Source: Lingula anatina
Taxonomy: Eukaryota; Animalia; Brachiopoda
DNA: 64,000 nt
Reading direction: 5' to 3'
Assembly: GCA_051362555.1 (NCBI GenBank)
Contig: CM120646.1
Coordinates: 14,570,001 to 14,634,000 of the forward strand
Shown: positions 1 through 13,772 of the stretch, piece by piece
Layout: each line of letters opens with the position of its first letter
How positions within the stretch are numbered: position 1 is the stretch's first letter
The notes under the pieces: model-generated
Database searches by the model: none
Seen by the model: the letters and a program-made list of their open reading frames with translations, nothing else
What the model was told of the DNA's origin: nothing
Translations under genes and position numbers: made by a program

Positions 1-144
1 CTGTTTCCAATGCCAACGCAACCTATGACAACCGCACGTGGACATATACCTGCCTCACAGGACACTTCCTACCATCAGGAGGCACGGAGCAAACTCTGTT
101 CTGTAACTTACTGGCACAGTGGGAAGGGAGCGTCGAAAATTGCG
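1..144 (+). CDS. Partial exon encoding a Sushi/CCP (SCR) domain; the gene begins upstream of the window
   Basis: Frame from nt 3 reads VSNANATYDNRTWTYTCLTGHFLPSGGTEQTLFCNLLAQWEGSVENC, matching the Sushi pattern Y-x-C..G....C....W......C. It ends at a phase-1 donor G|gtatga (144/145), typical of CCP exons. Confidence 0.7.
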
Positions 145-2811
145 GTATGAAATTCAAGAGCCCAATCATTGTCGACCACTAACCTTCACTGGCTTACTCT
201 GCATTTTAAAACGAAAGATAATTTGGTCATTTTTATGATATCGACAAAAACTTCAGAAGATTAACTGTGATGCTGGCTGTGAATATTTTGTTTAATTAGA
301 TTCAGTTGCTCTACATCTACAAGTCATAGGACCTATTCTGCAGTTTCGTCATTTTTGTTTGATATAATGAGTCGTATATACGAAACAGTACTACAAACAT
401 TGCCAATGTTAACGATTTTTATCTTGATTTCAGAATATTTAAAACAATTATTGACTATTAAAATCCCTGTGTTTGGAAGATAAACCATAGATAAAATTAA
501 TAAACAGGTTTAAAGAAACGTTTAACACAACGCCGTATGTATAAGGTAGGTATACACTTAATAACCATCGGATTCTTTGCCTCTCGTATTAAAATCTGGA
601 ATCTGTCAAATACCCTGAAACGCTTGCGTCTATGCTGCAATGTACAAAGGTAAGTAAGAAAATGCAACATTTTTTTTTGCTTCTTTAATCGTTTGAATAC
701 TGTGGTACGACTTAGCTGTTGAATGGTGTCTCTTGAGGTACCAAATAAGCGTGAGATAATTAATTGGTTATGATGTGTGTATGCATGATATATGTTTGTA
801 ACAGGTTACTACAGCACGTACTGGCATATCTCAGTGTTCTATTTGCCATGCTACATGTACTACATGTATTTCCTTATTTATGATATGGTCATCAATTGAT
901 TTGAGAGAGTGCAGGGTGTGTTGTATGAAAGCTTTGGCATTATTCCGAAGTTACAATTCATGGCCCACCGTTGTTGACGTGTCTGGGAGTTTTGAGGGGT
1001 CGGTCTTCAAGGGGTTGACGTAAAGTGTAATAGCGAAGCTTCAGTTGCTGTACATTAACGAGTGTAAGCATGATCCATAGTGTGTTTGTAATGGATTGCT
1101 GCCACACATAAAACATATTTCACAATATTTCTTTCTTCATTCATTTGTTTTGAGGCGTATTATGTAAAAAGAAAATATTTGGTAATCAAAATTTTTGCGC
1201 CTGTATACTAGTGATTCAGCACTGTTTCTGTTGTTACGTGTATGTCACGGTTGAGCTGCAAAGGTTCTGTTGTATGAGTTCTGTAAAAGCAAGGAGTTGT
1301 AAAGAGACCTCTTTACAACTTCTTGGTAAAAGTCATCCCAGTTGTGTCGGATACCATGCTTGCGTTGAGGTTAGCTAAATGAATGCGTTTTGATACTGTG
1401 AACGTGACCTCTGTGCAAGAGACATTTGAAATTACGGGGTTTCTAATTGGAGCCAAACAGGTATTAAAACCCTGCAACTGGTCAATCATGAACAATGACA
1501 CGTGGTTACATTGTATAAGACAAGGTGGTATAATTTTCGTTTTTAAAGACATTAATTGCTACTCATCTTAAAAGAATCCACTGGCAGGTTTGAAGGAAAA
1601 AGATGTTACTGCTGACTGCAACAACTGCATTGTATATACATGGTCTTTTTATGTGTCGAGGACACTTCATGTTTCATGCAACGATCTAACCATTTGACCT
1701 GTAGGACATTTTCAACAGCAGTGAGTGGCCTTTCCCATGGTATTTCACAAAACGAAATATTTGCATATATCAATTTATCAGTGTGACACACCATCTGTTT
1801 CGACTGTGAGGAATGGTCACTACAGGAGAACATGAAGAAATGTGAGATGGGGAAAACTTTGCTGACCGTGACGATGTACATGTATTCCATTCTCTGCATT
1901 TGTATGGCCCGTGCTTAATGAATTTAAGTATGTGGAGTCTCTATATTTTGCGAAATTTAAGACATCGTCATTTCTCAGCCTCAGTAAATCAATCACCTTT
2001 CAAACAGCAACGGGCCGGGACAACTGTCGTAACACCTGCACCGACCATGTTCTGGCGGAGAAAAGTGCCAACAAACTTCGCTTTTGCCCAAACCAAACGG
2101 GAGATGTACATGTAATAATTGCCTCTGGTGACGTGAAAGATTTTAAACTCTTCTCAGTAACCTCTCACATGTCTACGATTGATAAATCCGTTTTGATTCA
2201 TACAGTAAGTTTCAAGTTGTTAAGTGTTCACCTACATGTAACACTAGGCCTACTCTGTCTCCCAGAGGCCAGTTGAGTGATTACGTCAATCCTGTGGAAG
2301 CATTCTCGTTGGACTTATTTTTCTTTCATCCTTGGATTACTGCAGTGACTGAACTGGCTTGTATTGTGTGATATCTGCCAACACTTTAATTTGCTGAAAA
2401 GACGGAATGAAACTTACTTGATATGTAATGTTGTATTTTATTTATTTATTTATTTATTTATTTATTTTTGGTCTCGATTAGTACTAGTAATCTGGAAAGT
2501 TTAGAGATACCGATCGATGTACTATTGAGCATCTATTATCCCATGTATAATGATACTTGTATTTTGTCAGATAATAAAGTCTTACTTTGACGTTTACCTT
2601 GCAGTGTTCCGTTTGGTTTCTGTGCATGCCATGATACAAAGTCACACTTTAAACATCTAGAATGCCAATAAGCTAACATGGTAATAAAATGAAAAATTGC
2701 AAGAAAATATTCTGATGCAAGTTGATCTGTATAGTATTGTCTGTCATGTTGAGGAAATTTGTAACTTTTCACTTCCCAGCCCGACTCCCTGCACTAACTG
2801 AAAGCGTACCT

Positions 2812-2854
2812 GTAAAAGCTTTCGTCCCAACATTTGGGACTCCCATCAGTCACA
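2812..2854 (-). ncRNA. Degenerate minimal type I hammerhead-ribozyme-like motif
   Basis: Minus strand reads tgtga-CTGATG(gg)A-GTCCCA-aatgt-TGGGAC-GAAA-gc-tt-ttaca. Stem II is perfect, the tiny stem III region is palindromic (aagctt), and stem I tgtga/ttaca has one G-U pair. The core has two extra G, so it is probably inactive. Confidence 0.35.
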
Positions 2855-4124
2855 CTGATGCCAGGAGACCGTGATAGTGGCCTGTCTTGTGAGACGTGTT
2901 ATAGTGAGCAGTTTCAAGTTTTAAAAATTTCAAATTCCCTCAACATGCTAGTGAGTTTTAATATTTTACACATCCGAACATTTGCCAATTTAATTTGCCG
3001 GTGCTGTAGCTCGTTATTTTCACTCTTTCGCGTACAATTTGTCTGCCATGTCTATAGCTTCAATGAATAGTAGAGTATTTTAATTAATTGTTGAACACTT
3101 TTGATTACACAGCTAGGGTATAAAACAAAATAAACCAAAATCCTCCAATAACTAACTTTTCACTGCTGACAATCTTACAGACTTTTTTCCATTTAATTAA
3201 TGGATGGCAACTAGGGGGTTAAGAGGTTCAGCAGCTAGTCGTGGTCGTTCTTACTGTTGAACCGACCCTTCCTTGCACCTCAGCGGAATCTCTACCCTGC
3301 CAAGCAGACGTATTAATTGTTTTTTTTGTTTTTTTTTTTTTTTTTTTTTTTTTGGCGTGAAACGCATTCTTAGGATTTCTAGTTTACTTTAAACTGTTCA
3401 TCAACATTAAGGGATATTTATGTGGTAAAACTCCCTAACAAGAGATCAATGACACCCTGCTACTGGTCTGTTGTTACATATAGCAGCCATTTTATAGCCC
3501 CACATAACAAGTCTTCAGACTGCAGCTTGCTGTCTATCCAAAAATCAATACAGCTACTTGATTGGTTGAAATGTTTCATTCCGTGCGGAGCTTCTATACA
3601 AATTCTTTTTAGAACAGCGACCATATAAACAAAAAGACTAGGTCTTGTGCTAATGCATGGATCGTTGTGATTTAAAGCGGAAGGATAGGATACTGTAGCC
3701 AGAAGAAAAGGTAGGGTCGAGAAGATGTTTCTGAGTTCCTAAGTCATGAATCTCAACTGTGATATATGGGTTTACAATAAAATTTTGTCACTGATAGCTG
3801 ATACAGTTAAAACTGACATGATTGTACGACCGCCATTCCTGTGGTACTTTTGTAGACAAAGTCACTTGCTAGTAGTGTTTCGCTGTTCAACCTTGAAATA
3901 AACTCAGCTCTCATTATGTTTGAATGGGCATGGAGGTCCTAGAAATAAAATAAGAGAGCGGAACTAGTGGATTGCAAAACTGAATTTTATATCCGGAAGC
4001 AGAGATATCGATCAGTCTGAAAATAAAACTGTATTAAACGATAATAAGCATTAAACCAAGCCTCTAGACATAAAGTTATTTATTACACAATAATCCTTTA
4101 CAATTTCACATATTTCAGGAAATT

Positions 4125-7100
4125 ATGAATGCATCAGATGAGACGTTAAAACAGCAGTTTCAGCTGCTGCAGGAGCAGCAACAGAAGAAGCTGTTACTGA
4201 GGAAACAGAGAAAGGAGGAAAAGGAAAAATCAGAGAAAGACCAACTTAAGGAGTCCAAATCTTTTGGAGCATTTGGTGTCGAAGATGATTTAGCATTAAC
4301 TGTATGTACTGTGTATTTAAATACACTTGAAATTTAAAAAATGCCATTATTAATTGCAGCATAGAGGGCTATATATTTTTTAAGATTTAATGTGACCACT
4401 CAAAGGGGCCCTGGTCTGAGACCCTTTTTGATGATGTTTCTTGAAAAAAGGGGGAGATGGGAGGTATTAAGGTAGATTATCTTATCTTCACATGCCCAAA
4501 ATTTTCAATAGTTTGAACATTCATTAATCCAGTGGGTTCGCTTAGTGTGTATTAGTATGAACAAAGAAGTCAAACAAAATATTTGAAAAATGTAGTGTAA
4601 TTTGATAAATTTTCTGTCAAAATTTGCTAATGATATTCCAAACCAAATAACTTCTGAACAAAAATGTTTATTAAGTTAAGGACCTATTAACCAGAGGGCG
4701 AAAGAGCAACTGAGTTTTTTGGCTGACAAAATTTATTTAACCTGATGATGACTTGTTTCCAGTTAGCAGATCCTCCAGCGCCTTCCTCATCCATTTATTC
4801 TGAGGAGCTAGTCAACCACCTTAATGATCAGCTGAGGGTAAGACAACACATTTCTAGTGGGTAAAGAAATTAATTTCCAAGACACATTTTATATATGGCG
4901 CATGACTGATATGTTAGTAGAAAACAAGCTTAATCTCATAAGAAATTATTTATTTTTTTTCTTTCATTACACTAGACACAGTAAAATATGTTTCACCTAC
5001 AAATTTCTTGTTTTGACAATAGATCAGTTGGAAATATTAACTTAGTACAACTACATGTAGTTGCAGCAGTCACTGCCATGGGATGATATGGTAAAGTTTT
5101 TAATTTGATGTTGTTATCAATTGCAATGCTGAAATTCATAAAAATCTTTTTGATTCATTTCAGGAAATGAAAGATGAAAATGGCAGGCTGTACAAGCTGT
5201 TGAGTGAGAGGGACTTTGAAATAAGACAGCTTAAGAAGAAGAGAGAAGAAGACAGGGCTGCTATAGCTGGTACATTGAAAGAATAACACTTTAGTTGAAT
5301 ATTTTATCGAACAGTTTTATTTTCCCTTTCACTCAGTCATTTGTGGTGTGAATTTTAATTTAGCTGTTAATTGTCTGGGTAAGACTTACTTTATAAACAT
5401 TGTAATAAAATGAGATAAGTGCATGAAAAATGGTAATGAGCAATTATTTATTTATTTATTTAGGTATTTAACTGATTTATTTGCAATCTTAGCTTTGAAA
5501 GATGTACGAGGTATTTAACTGATTTATGTTATGTGATCATCACATATTGTATTGCACTATAGGTGGAGCTGGTGTTGCCAGTGATGCTGCGGCCACCAAG
5601 ATTGTAGAATTGTCCAAAAAAGTGCGTGAACTGAGGGCAGAAGTGGAAGCAGAGAAAACGAAAGCAAGGCAGACTCAGAAGAAATGTAGAGATCTAGAAA
5701 ATAAGGTGAACATTTTTTTTTCTGTTTAGTAATATGCAGTCTTTTCTGTGTTTGAACCAGGCATAACCTCAGATGATAACTTTATGATTTTATCACTATA
5801 TATTTGAGATCAGGATACTGGAAGATGCACATTGCAAGTATTAAGAATATTAGAATGCACTGTGACTTGAAAACCTATTTTTTCACCTCTGAGTGATCAA
5901 AGTTATAGGAATGGTGGGAAGCTCTCTGAAAAGGCTTTCAAATTTTATAGAGCATAACTTGGAATAATCTTTGAATTATATATTTATTTCAGCTTCGCTC
6001 AGCTGACTCTGAAGACATGGCAGGTAAAGGAGACATCCCCAAATACAGTAACCCCTACGGGTCTCCCAGAGATGACAAGGTAATCAGCTAATGTTTCTAT
6101 GGTATTAAGATTTTATCTTATTAAAGGATGTTTGGTTGATTTTATGAAATGTGGAATGGAGATAAACATAGAGGATATGAAAATGCTTTCGTATGTATAA
6201 GTATTCATGACAACTGAAATTGTGATGAGTACAAGCTTTTTATCAGTAGATTTTGCTTTTGTTATAATGCTATCAGTTGTCTCACTTGTATAACTATGAT
6301 TCTTGTATGCTATTGATATGTTTACGTAATGGTTTGTGGGTTTGTCTATTTGTAAGTTTTTTTTTATTTTACAAAATGATATTTTGAAATACAACAGCTT
6401 AAAAAGTATAAGAAATAACTAATACCATGTTGTCAGACACAAACAAAATGATTATCAAACTAGTTGAATGATCCTTATGGAGAAAAAACCCAGGGTCATA
6501 CCTGTACTTTATTTTGGGATGCAAGTGATTAGCTTATAATGAAAGACAGAAACATTCATGGTTTTATGATGATCAGTAAATTTCATTTGATAACAGAGTT
6601 TGGAACAAGAACTGAAGGCCACTCAGGAAAAACTACGACAAACAGAGCTCAAGTTATCAGAACAAAGAAACCAAGTGCTTAGTGTAAAAAATGAATTAAA
6701 AAGCACACAGAAGGTAAAGATTAAATATATATGTTAATTTCTAATTTGAAAACGCTGCTCTTTATATAATGAACTAATTAATGTGTTCATTTACAATCAT
6801 TATAAAAGGAAACTAAATAAAAGACAAATGTTAATACTTTAGCCCACCATCTTTGAAGGTCTTAGTTTAAAATGAATGTGCTAATGCACACTTCAGATGA
6901 TTGAACATCATTTTGCAGGTTTTAGCCAATGAGGTTGGTGAAGGAGTCACAGTGCAGTCCTTGCTGAATGCCACAAGTGGATGGAGAGGCAGAGCACAGC
7001 AGATTTTGGCTCTGCAGAAAAAGGTAGCCTATTGAAAAAAATAGGGAAATATTTAGAACAAACCTAGCAAGTAGCAATGATGAATTATTTTATTCCAACA

Positions 7101-9093
7101 TGAGACTAGAAAGTATTTATTTTTTTACAAGGGAAAACCAAAAAAGTTTTAAAAATCTATACAGTGCTTACATCGGAATTAGTCAACACTCTCCTTACAG
7201 CCCTAATATTACTTCATTTGATTGTTATCCAAAATTTAAAGTACAGTTAAAAGGAACTCTGTTCCTGTCCACAGAGAAGAGTAAGAAGCAGGATGTGGTA
7301 TAAAAAATATTCCCCAGAATTCTAGAATGGAAAATGTACAAACAGATAGCTTTGTCATTTTCATAAATAATAAAAATAAATATTTTGATTTGTCATGGAA
7401 TGTTTTGACTTAGTATCTTACTTCATAGTAACATATCTCTACAGGTAACAGAGCTGAAGAGCCAGCTTCAAGACAGACAGTCTTCTCTAGCGATGGAGGA
7501 TGATCTAGAAGCACAGTTCATGGGGACGTCATCCTCCAAAAGGAGCACACTAGATGACAGACACCAAACACAGATCAAAAGACTGGAGAAGGAGAGGAGA
7601 GAAGCTCAAGATGTAAGAAGATAATTTTTCACATTTTGTCAACCTATGCCAAAAAATTCTTTGCCGACAGGTCCTCCGGGTCAAAAAGATATAAGAATCT
7701 ACTAGCCCAAAGATTGCCTTTCACATTCAGTGAGATTAGCTCTTTGATGTAGATTCATTCAGACTTTATAAAGTCAATTTATTTTGAAACAGAACAGGTA
7801 GAATGTTAAAGAAAGATCACTAGATGTGATAAAGACCCTTACTCCTATTATCCAAGTTTTGTTTCGGTCTTTTAGAAAGCAGCCAATGAACTTAAAGCTC
7901 TAGAAGAGGAACATGCAGCACTGAAACGCAAGTTTGATGCCTCAAAAGCAAGGTGATAGTCGAAAAGACTGCCAACAGAACATCTCTATATTTTCATTGC
8001 TTTGAATTAATAATATATAAGTTGTGTCTAATATTCTTAAACCTGAAAAATAACTATTATTATTATTTTTTTTTTTTCGTTTATTAAATTATTTCTTTTT
8101 TTAATAAAAATTTGATTAAAAAAAATCGGAACAATCTTCTTGAAAACACAGAACTGTTTATAAATTTGATAATAATAAATAAATCTTACAAAAATTTACC
8201 TGTAAAAAATACAACCATAATATTTAAAGTTAACAAAATTTCAGTGATATTGTGAAATTGCATGTACTATCTGAACTGAATGGTCATATCCTGGTGTTCC
8301 AGAAACAAAGTACTGTCAGAGGATGTGAAGCTCCAGAAGCAGCAAGTACAGAAGCTGTTAGACAAGGGCAAACATGATGATGAACTGATTGAGGCACTCA
8401 TGGTGGGTGTGAGGACTATAAGATACAAGGAGAAGAATATAAAGTTTTTTATTATTATTTTAGTAAAAATTTCATGCAGTCTTGATTTATTATAGAACCC
8501 TGTTAGCCTAAGGTTTCACTAAAAAGCTCTGCCTCAAAGATTCAGAGTTATTTTCATGTATTATGTATGTTGTATGTTATTCTGAGGTTAATTGACGTAA
8601 AAATCTGACCGACATCATTTTTTCCAGTTTTCACATAGAACAGAATATTGCATTCACTTATGAGATTAAAATTATTTTTGATAATTGATGACGATTAAAG
8701 ATAATAATTAGTAGTAATAAAAGAACTATTTACAGAAACAGCAAGAAAGACTCAAGTCTATGGTTGAGCAGAATAACAAGTCCCAGCAGGAAAAAGAACA
8801 GTCACAGTCTGCCAAGCTTCGAGAACTCTCCCAGAAACAGCAACACGACGTCAATGTTGTAGAACAGTTGAAAAAAATAGTAGCAGAGAAGGAGCAAAAA
8901 TTGCACTCTATGGAGGATGAAATCCAAGAGTTGAGGCAGAGGGCCCAAGTCTCTGCAGTGAATGCTCAGATGAACGCGGCTAATGCGTTGTTTGAAAGGA
9001 CTGTATCTCGGCCTGGAACTGCAACTATTGTGAATCCTGTAGTCAATGATGGGACCGCTCTTCACACTCCTTCTCCACCACAATCTAGGTAAG

Positions 9094-9128
<35 letters not shown>

Positions 9129-11550
9129 ACAGGGGAGGGAGAGAGTTTAGATGGAGATGAAAGAAGAAAAAGGGAGAGAGAAAAAGGAAGAGAGGGAGAG
9201 AGGGAAAAGGATAGACAAAGGGCAAGTGGTAGTGCTTGTGTGTGTGTTTGAGAGAGAGAGAGAGAGAGAGAGAGCAAGGATATTGACCATTGATTTTAAA
9301 AGAAAACATTCAATAAAAAAAGTTTGAAATTGAAACTAGACTAGCAGTCCAGACACTACCATTAATTTTTTTAATTCTATCATTGTACTTTTATGGTTGT
9401 GCTGTCACTTGTTTTGAGGTAAGCCTTGGTCCTCTGGCACAATTCAATTTCATTTTAACTAATTTATTCCAATTTCTCAGAGCCAGTAACAGATCCACAT
9501 CACGACAGAGCCAAGTGAACGGTGATGCCACTGACAGGGAGAGAGCATCATCACGGAAGTCGGTACGCCCTGCATCCTCACAACCGGGGTACGTCCATGA
9601 TTTTATACTAGTAGAATATACAGATTGGGTATTTTACTTTGATTGTAATTTGGGTTTAAACTGAAATGGAATAATATAATTTTTTTCATCTTTTTAAGTT
9701 CATTGTTTGTTTCTCTAAGGGAGGCTGCTTGCATTGGGTATTTTTGCTGCATTTTCTAAATTTATGTTTAAACTGAAAAATAAAGATGATCCATACTAGT
9801 AAGTTTTTTTTCCAAAAGCTTTATGGGCAGAGTGTGAGTATTGATGTTGACAAATTTGTGATTCTAGAATCTCACCCATAATTACTAAGTTTGTTAGGAT
9901 TATGTGCTGCAAAAATGGATGTTAATTTCCTTGTTTACCTGGAGTAAAAGACAAAATATACTAAATCTCAAGGGTAATGTGTGCTATTTGTCCTAATTTT
10001 CTGCCATGAAGATAATCAGCACTGATTAATATCTTTCACCACTGAGATAATTCTGTTCAGAGTGCCTAGAAAATATATTTACCATTTTCTTCATCATTTA
10101 GGTTACTGAGCAAAGAAGAGCTGTCTGAACTGCAGGCCCAGTGCCAGGAATACAAGTCCATGTACCATGTTGCAGAAGTAGAGAGGGATAAATTATTGGA
10201 GCTAGTTAAACTGTTGCAACAAAGGTAGAGATTTTCGTTACCAGTAATTATTTGTTTAAAATAGGCCCCAGAGTGTGTGTGTGGAAAAATATATGAAATG
10301 GTAAAACTGTTGCAAAAAAGTAGACATTTTATTTGATTTATTTGTTCTAGGGCATTAGGGACTTATCTACTGTCATTGGGCAGAAAACTTGAAATTACAA
10401 AAAAGAAAAAAATGAGGGGCAGCATGAAATGTTTGGCATGCTTTGGGTTATTTTTTCTGATACGGTAGATATAAAATTTAATCTGTGCATAACCAAGTAA
10501 AAATAATAATTGAATTTTTCACGCAGGAGAGAATAGCATTAACTTTTTTTCACTTAATATCTCTTGCCACTTCAGAGAGGAAGCTGGTCAGAAGCAATCC
10601 CAGGACCTCCAGCAAGAACTGGCTCATCATAAAAAGAAGAATGTACAACTGGAAAAACAGCTGGGCAAAACAAAGCTGGAGCAGTCCCAATCAGCTAAAG
10701 GTGTATATCATTTCATCGAAATGTTAAGTCCTTTTAAAGATAAATTTAACAAATTGTTGTCCTCTCCCCCTTTTCCCAAGATTTTGGAACAGCCATTGGT
10801 TTACATAATTTTGGGCATTTCAGGCAGTCTTAAAATACTGAATTACATGACAGATCGAAGCAGTTTTGGTCTTTAACTTTCTTGTTCTCACTGTCTGTCA
10901 GCTCTTTTTTGTTCCAAGTTCAAAAATTTGCTTATATAATTCCAGAGAAATACTGTCCTATGTTTAAGTTGTATGAAATTTTTATCTTTTTTATGAAGAT
11001 TTTTTAATAGTTTCTGTTATTACCAGGTTTGAAGAAGAGCAAGTCCAAGCAGGGGACATTTCTTGTTGGAGATGACACCAGTAAGACAGAGGATATCACA
11101 CCAGAAGAAGTGGAAGAACTTCAAACCAAGTAATTTATCTATGTTTCTGTTAACTTTATGTGTTGAAGTATTTACCAATCACCATATTTATATATTACTT
11201 TTATCTAACCCAATTTGTTGGATTATTGACTTTTTTTGCATTTTTAATATTATAATAGCAATATCAAAAAGGTAATTATCCATTCTCATAAGTACAGTTG
11301 AATATAATCATTTATGGATATATTAGACTGTACAAAGTAAATTGTGGTGGTCATTTCACTTATTTCTGTTGTCTTCTTTTTTTCTTTCAGTCTTGCAATC
11401 CAGAAGGATGAGAACGAGGCACTAAAGGCCACCCTTCAAAGTACGCTCCAGGCAAAGGAGGAAGATTTAAATCTCTACTCACAAATGATGGAGGAAACCA
11501 AGAAAATATTTCTACAAGGACTAAGACAGTACAGGCAACAGCAGTCTTAG
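4125..11550 (+). CDS. CCDC13: Coiled-coil domain-containing protein 13 (centriolar satellite/ciliary protein), 16 coding exons
   Basis: GT-AG exons read by hand: 4125-4301, 4763-4837, 5164-5269, 5563-5705, 5993-6079, 6597-6713, 6919-7023, 7445-7612, 7876-7952, 8303-8402, 8736-9088, 9481-9588, 10102-10224, 10576-10700, 11027-11129, 11391-11550. Recognisable CCDC13 blocks: [99 protein letters not shown]. Confidence 0.93.
9096..9273. repeat. (GA)n / purine-rich low-complexity tract in a CCDC13 intron
   Basis: Directly visible GA dinucleotide runs, poly-G and (TG)n. Confidence 0.9.
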
Positions 11551-12583
11551 CATACCTAGGAAGTTATATGCTGTGTCAGTCCAAAGAGGAACTTATTCTA
11601 ATTTAGACCAATCAAAGCAGGTTTTATAAACCACAGGAAAGGGTGATAGTACATGTTGTGTACTTTTTTAGGGCTGGTGTCATTGTTAACCTAAGGAAAT
11701 ATTTGCAGTTTTATCCTACCTGGATGACTCCACTTGATGGCATTTTAGCATCACACGTATATGACATTAGTGTTACTGTTACCTTTTCATTTCTTAAATT
11801 TTTAACTTAATTTACTATTTTTGATATCTGGAGTTTAGTTGTTGTAATACATATATACAAATTCAATATTAGTGGGATTTCTATAGAAATTCTGATCTAC
11901 AACTTCCGTCCAAATAGTTATCGTCCTTCATATTATCACATTACATTATCATCAGTGTAAAAGCAGTTAAATGTTTACCAAAGATTTGACATTTTGCATA
12001 ATTTATTCCAAGGCTTTGAAACTTTACCCCAAGTTTCAGAGATAACTAGAAACACGCCAAGTCTTGTACTATGGCAGATAGTTTCTTGTTATCTGAAAAC
12101 TCTGGGTTCGAAACTTGGAAGGTGTTACATTCCAAAGTGACCAAAACTTTCCAGACTGCATGTTTCTGTATAACTGTGTTGAACTTGATTTTTCCTAAGT
12201 TCAGGAGTGTTTTTTAAAAAATTAAAAATTATACATATTTGTTGACACTAGTTGTTGCTTTCTTTGTTTACTGTCCAATGATGACAAACTGTAGTTGCTA
12301 AAAATATAACTTAACACAAAAAGTGATCATTTCCAACCACATAATATTATTTATTTAAATGATAATTCAGTGTAAAATTGAGTGTAAAAAAAAAAAAATA
12401 CAAATCTTTCTGATGCAATCAGTTGCACTTTTATATGAAACAGCATCAGCTGTACACAGAGTACATATGTGTGTGCCTTGTCTGAGCATTTTTATGTACA
12501 GACACAGATGTGTCTGTACATATAGCCATCATCTGCGTCTGTCGTCGCCGTTGCCGTCGTCGCCGTCGTCGCCGTGCACTTTT

Positions 12584-13370
12584 ACCGATAACACGATAAG
12601 TGGAAAACTGTTTTTTATTTCAGCTTGAAACTTACAGAATTGATGAATATTTATAATATGCAGGTCAAGTTTGAAAATCAGCATGATCGGGTCACTTGTA
12701 GGGAAGTTATGCTGTTTTTTCACTTTTTTCAGCATATATGCAGCACCGATAACACGATAAGTGGAAAACCATTTTACCTTTTGGTTTGAAACTTACAATA
12801 CTGATGAATATTCATAATACGCAGGTCAAGTTCGAAAATCAGCATGATCGGGCCATTTTTTGGGAAGTTATGCTGTTTTTTCACTTTTTTCATCATATAT
12901 GCAGCACCGATAACACGATAAGTGGAAAACCATTTCACCTTTTGGCTTGAAACTTACAGAACTGATGAATATTCATAATACGCAGGTCAAGTTCGAAAAT
13001 CAGCATGATCGGGTCACTTGTAGGGAAGTTATGCTGTTTTTTTCACTTTTTTCAGCATATATACAGCACCGATAACACGATAAGTGGAAAACCCTTTTAC
13101 CTTTTGGCTTGAAACTTACAGAACTGATGAATATTCATAATACGCAGGTCAAGTTCGAAAATCAGCATGATTGGGCCATTTTTAGGGAATTTATGCTGTT
13201 TTTTTCACTTTTTTCAATATAAATGCAACACTGATAACACAATATAAGAAAAACGGATTGGCCAATTGTCATTATACTCACAGAAGTTGTCAATCTTACT
13301 AAAACGCAGGTTGAGTTAAAAAATCAGCATAAGCGGGCCATTATTTTAGAAGTTATACTGTTTTTTCACA
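12584..13370 (+). repeat. Tandem array of five 161-162 bp units (satellite-like) inside the HINE
   Basis: Units start accgataacacgataagtggaaaa at 12584, 12745, 12906, 13068 and about 13230; the last unit is diverged. Confidence 0.92.
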
Positions 13371-13772
13371 TTTCCTCAGATTCAATTATTAGGCATGTTA
13401 ACAGTCTCATTATTGAACTAATAAGATGCGTAAAAGTGTTTGTTTGATATTTCCTGCATCTTTACAACATTGTTAGTTGATTATGTAAAAAACATGGTAA
13501 ACTTGTTATCATGTAATGTGTAATAAAGTGTCAAAAATGGAAATAAACTCATATCATTGCAGTTTGTCAGATTCAATCATCCACTATGTTCAGAATCTCA
13601 GAATGGAGGAAATTGGACATTTAACACTGTTCTATTGATACTTTTCCCATCTCATCAATTTTTTTAGTTGGCCATATAAAAATGGCAGTAAAATGTTTAT
13701 TTTGTTTTATGTTAAAAAAGTGTTAAAAATGGAACTAAACCCATTTCAGAACAGTGCTGTCTTGTTTCCATT

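Noticed and set aside
430-900. Possible further exons of the Sushi-domain gene (donor aag|gtaagt at about 649)
   Set aside because: Could not build an open, phase-compatible exon chain.
1911-2276. 121-aa ORF, or a CCDC13 first exon with an RFX box
   Set aside because: The ORF has no recognisable similarity. A donor (ca|gtaagt, about 2205) and an RFX half-site (agcaac) are suggestive but too weak without transcript data.
12584-13370. CRISPR-like array, or a hammerhead in the 161-bp repeat (ctgatga...cgaaa)
   Set aside because: Units are repeated over their whole length with no unique spacers, in a eukaryotic context. No stem II can form between CTGATGA and GAAA.
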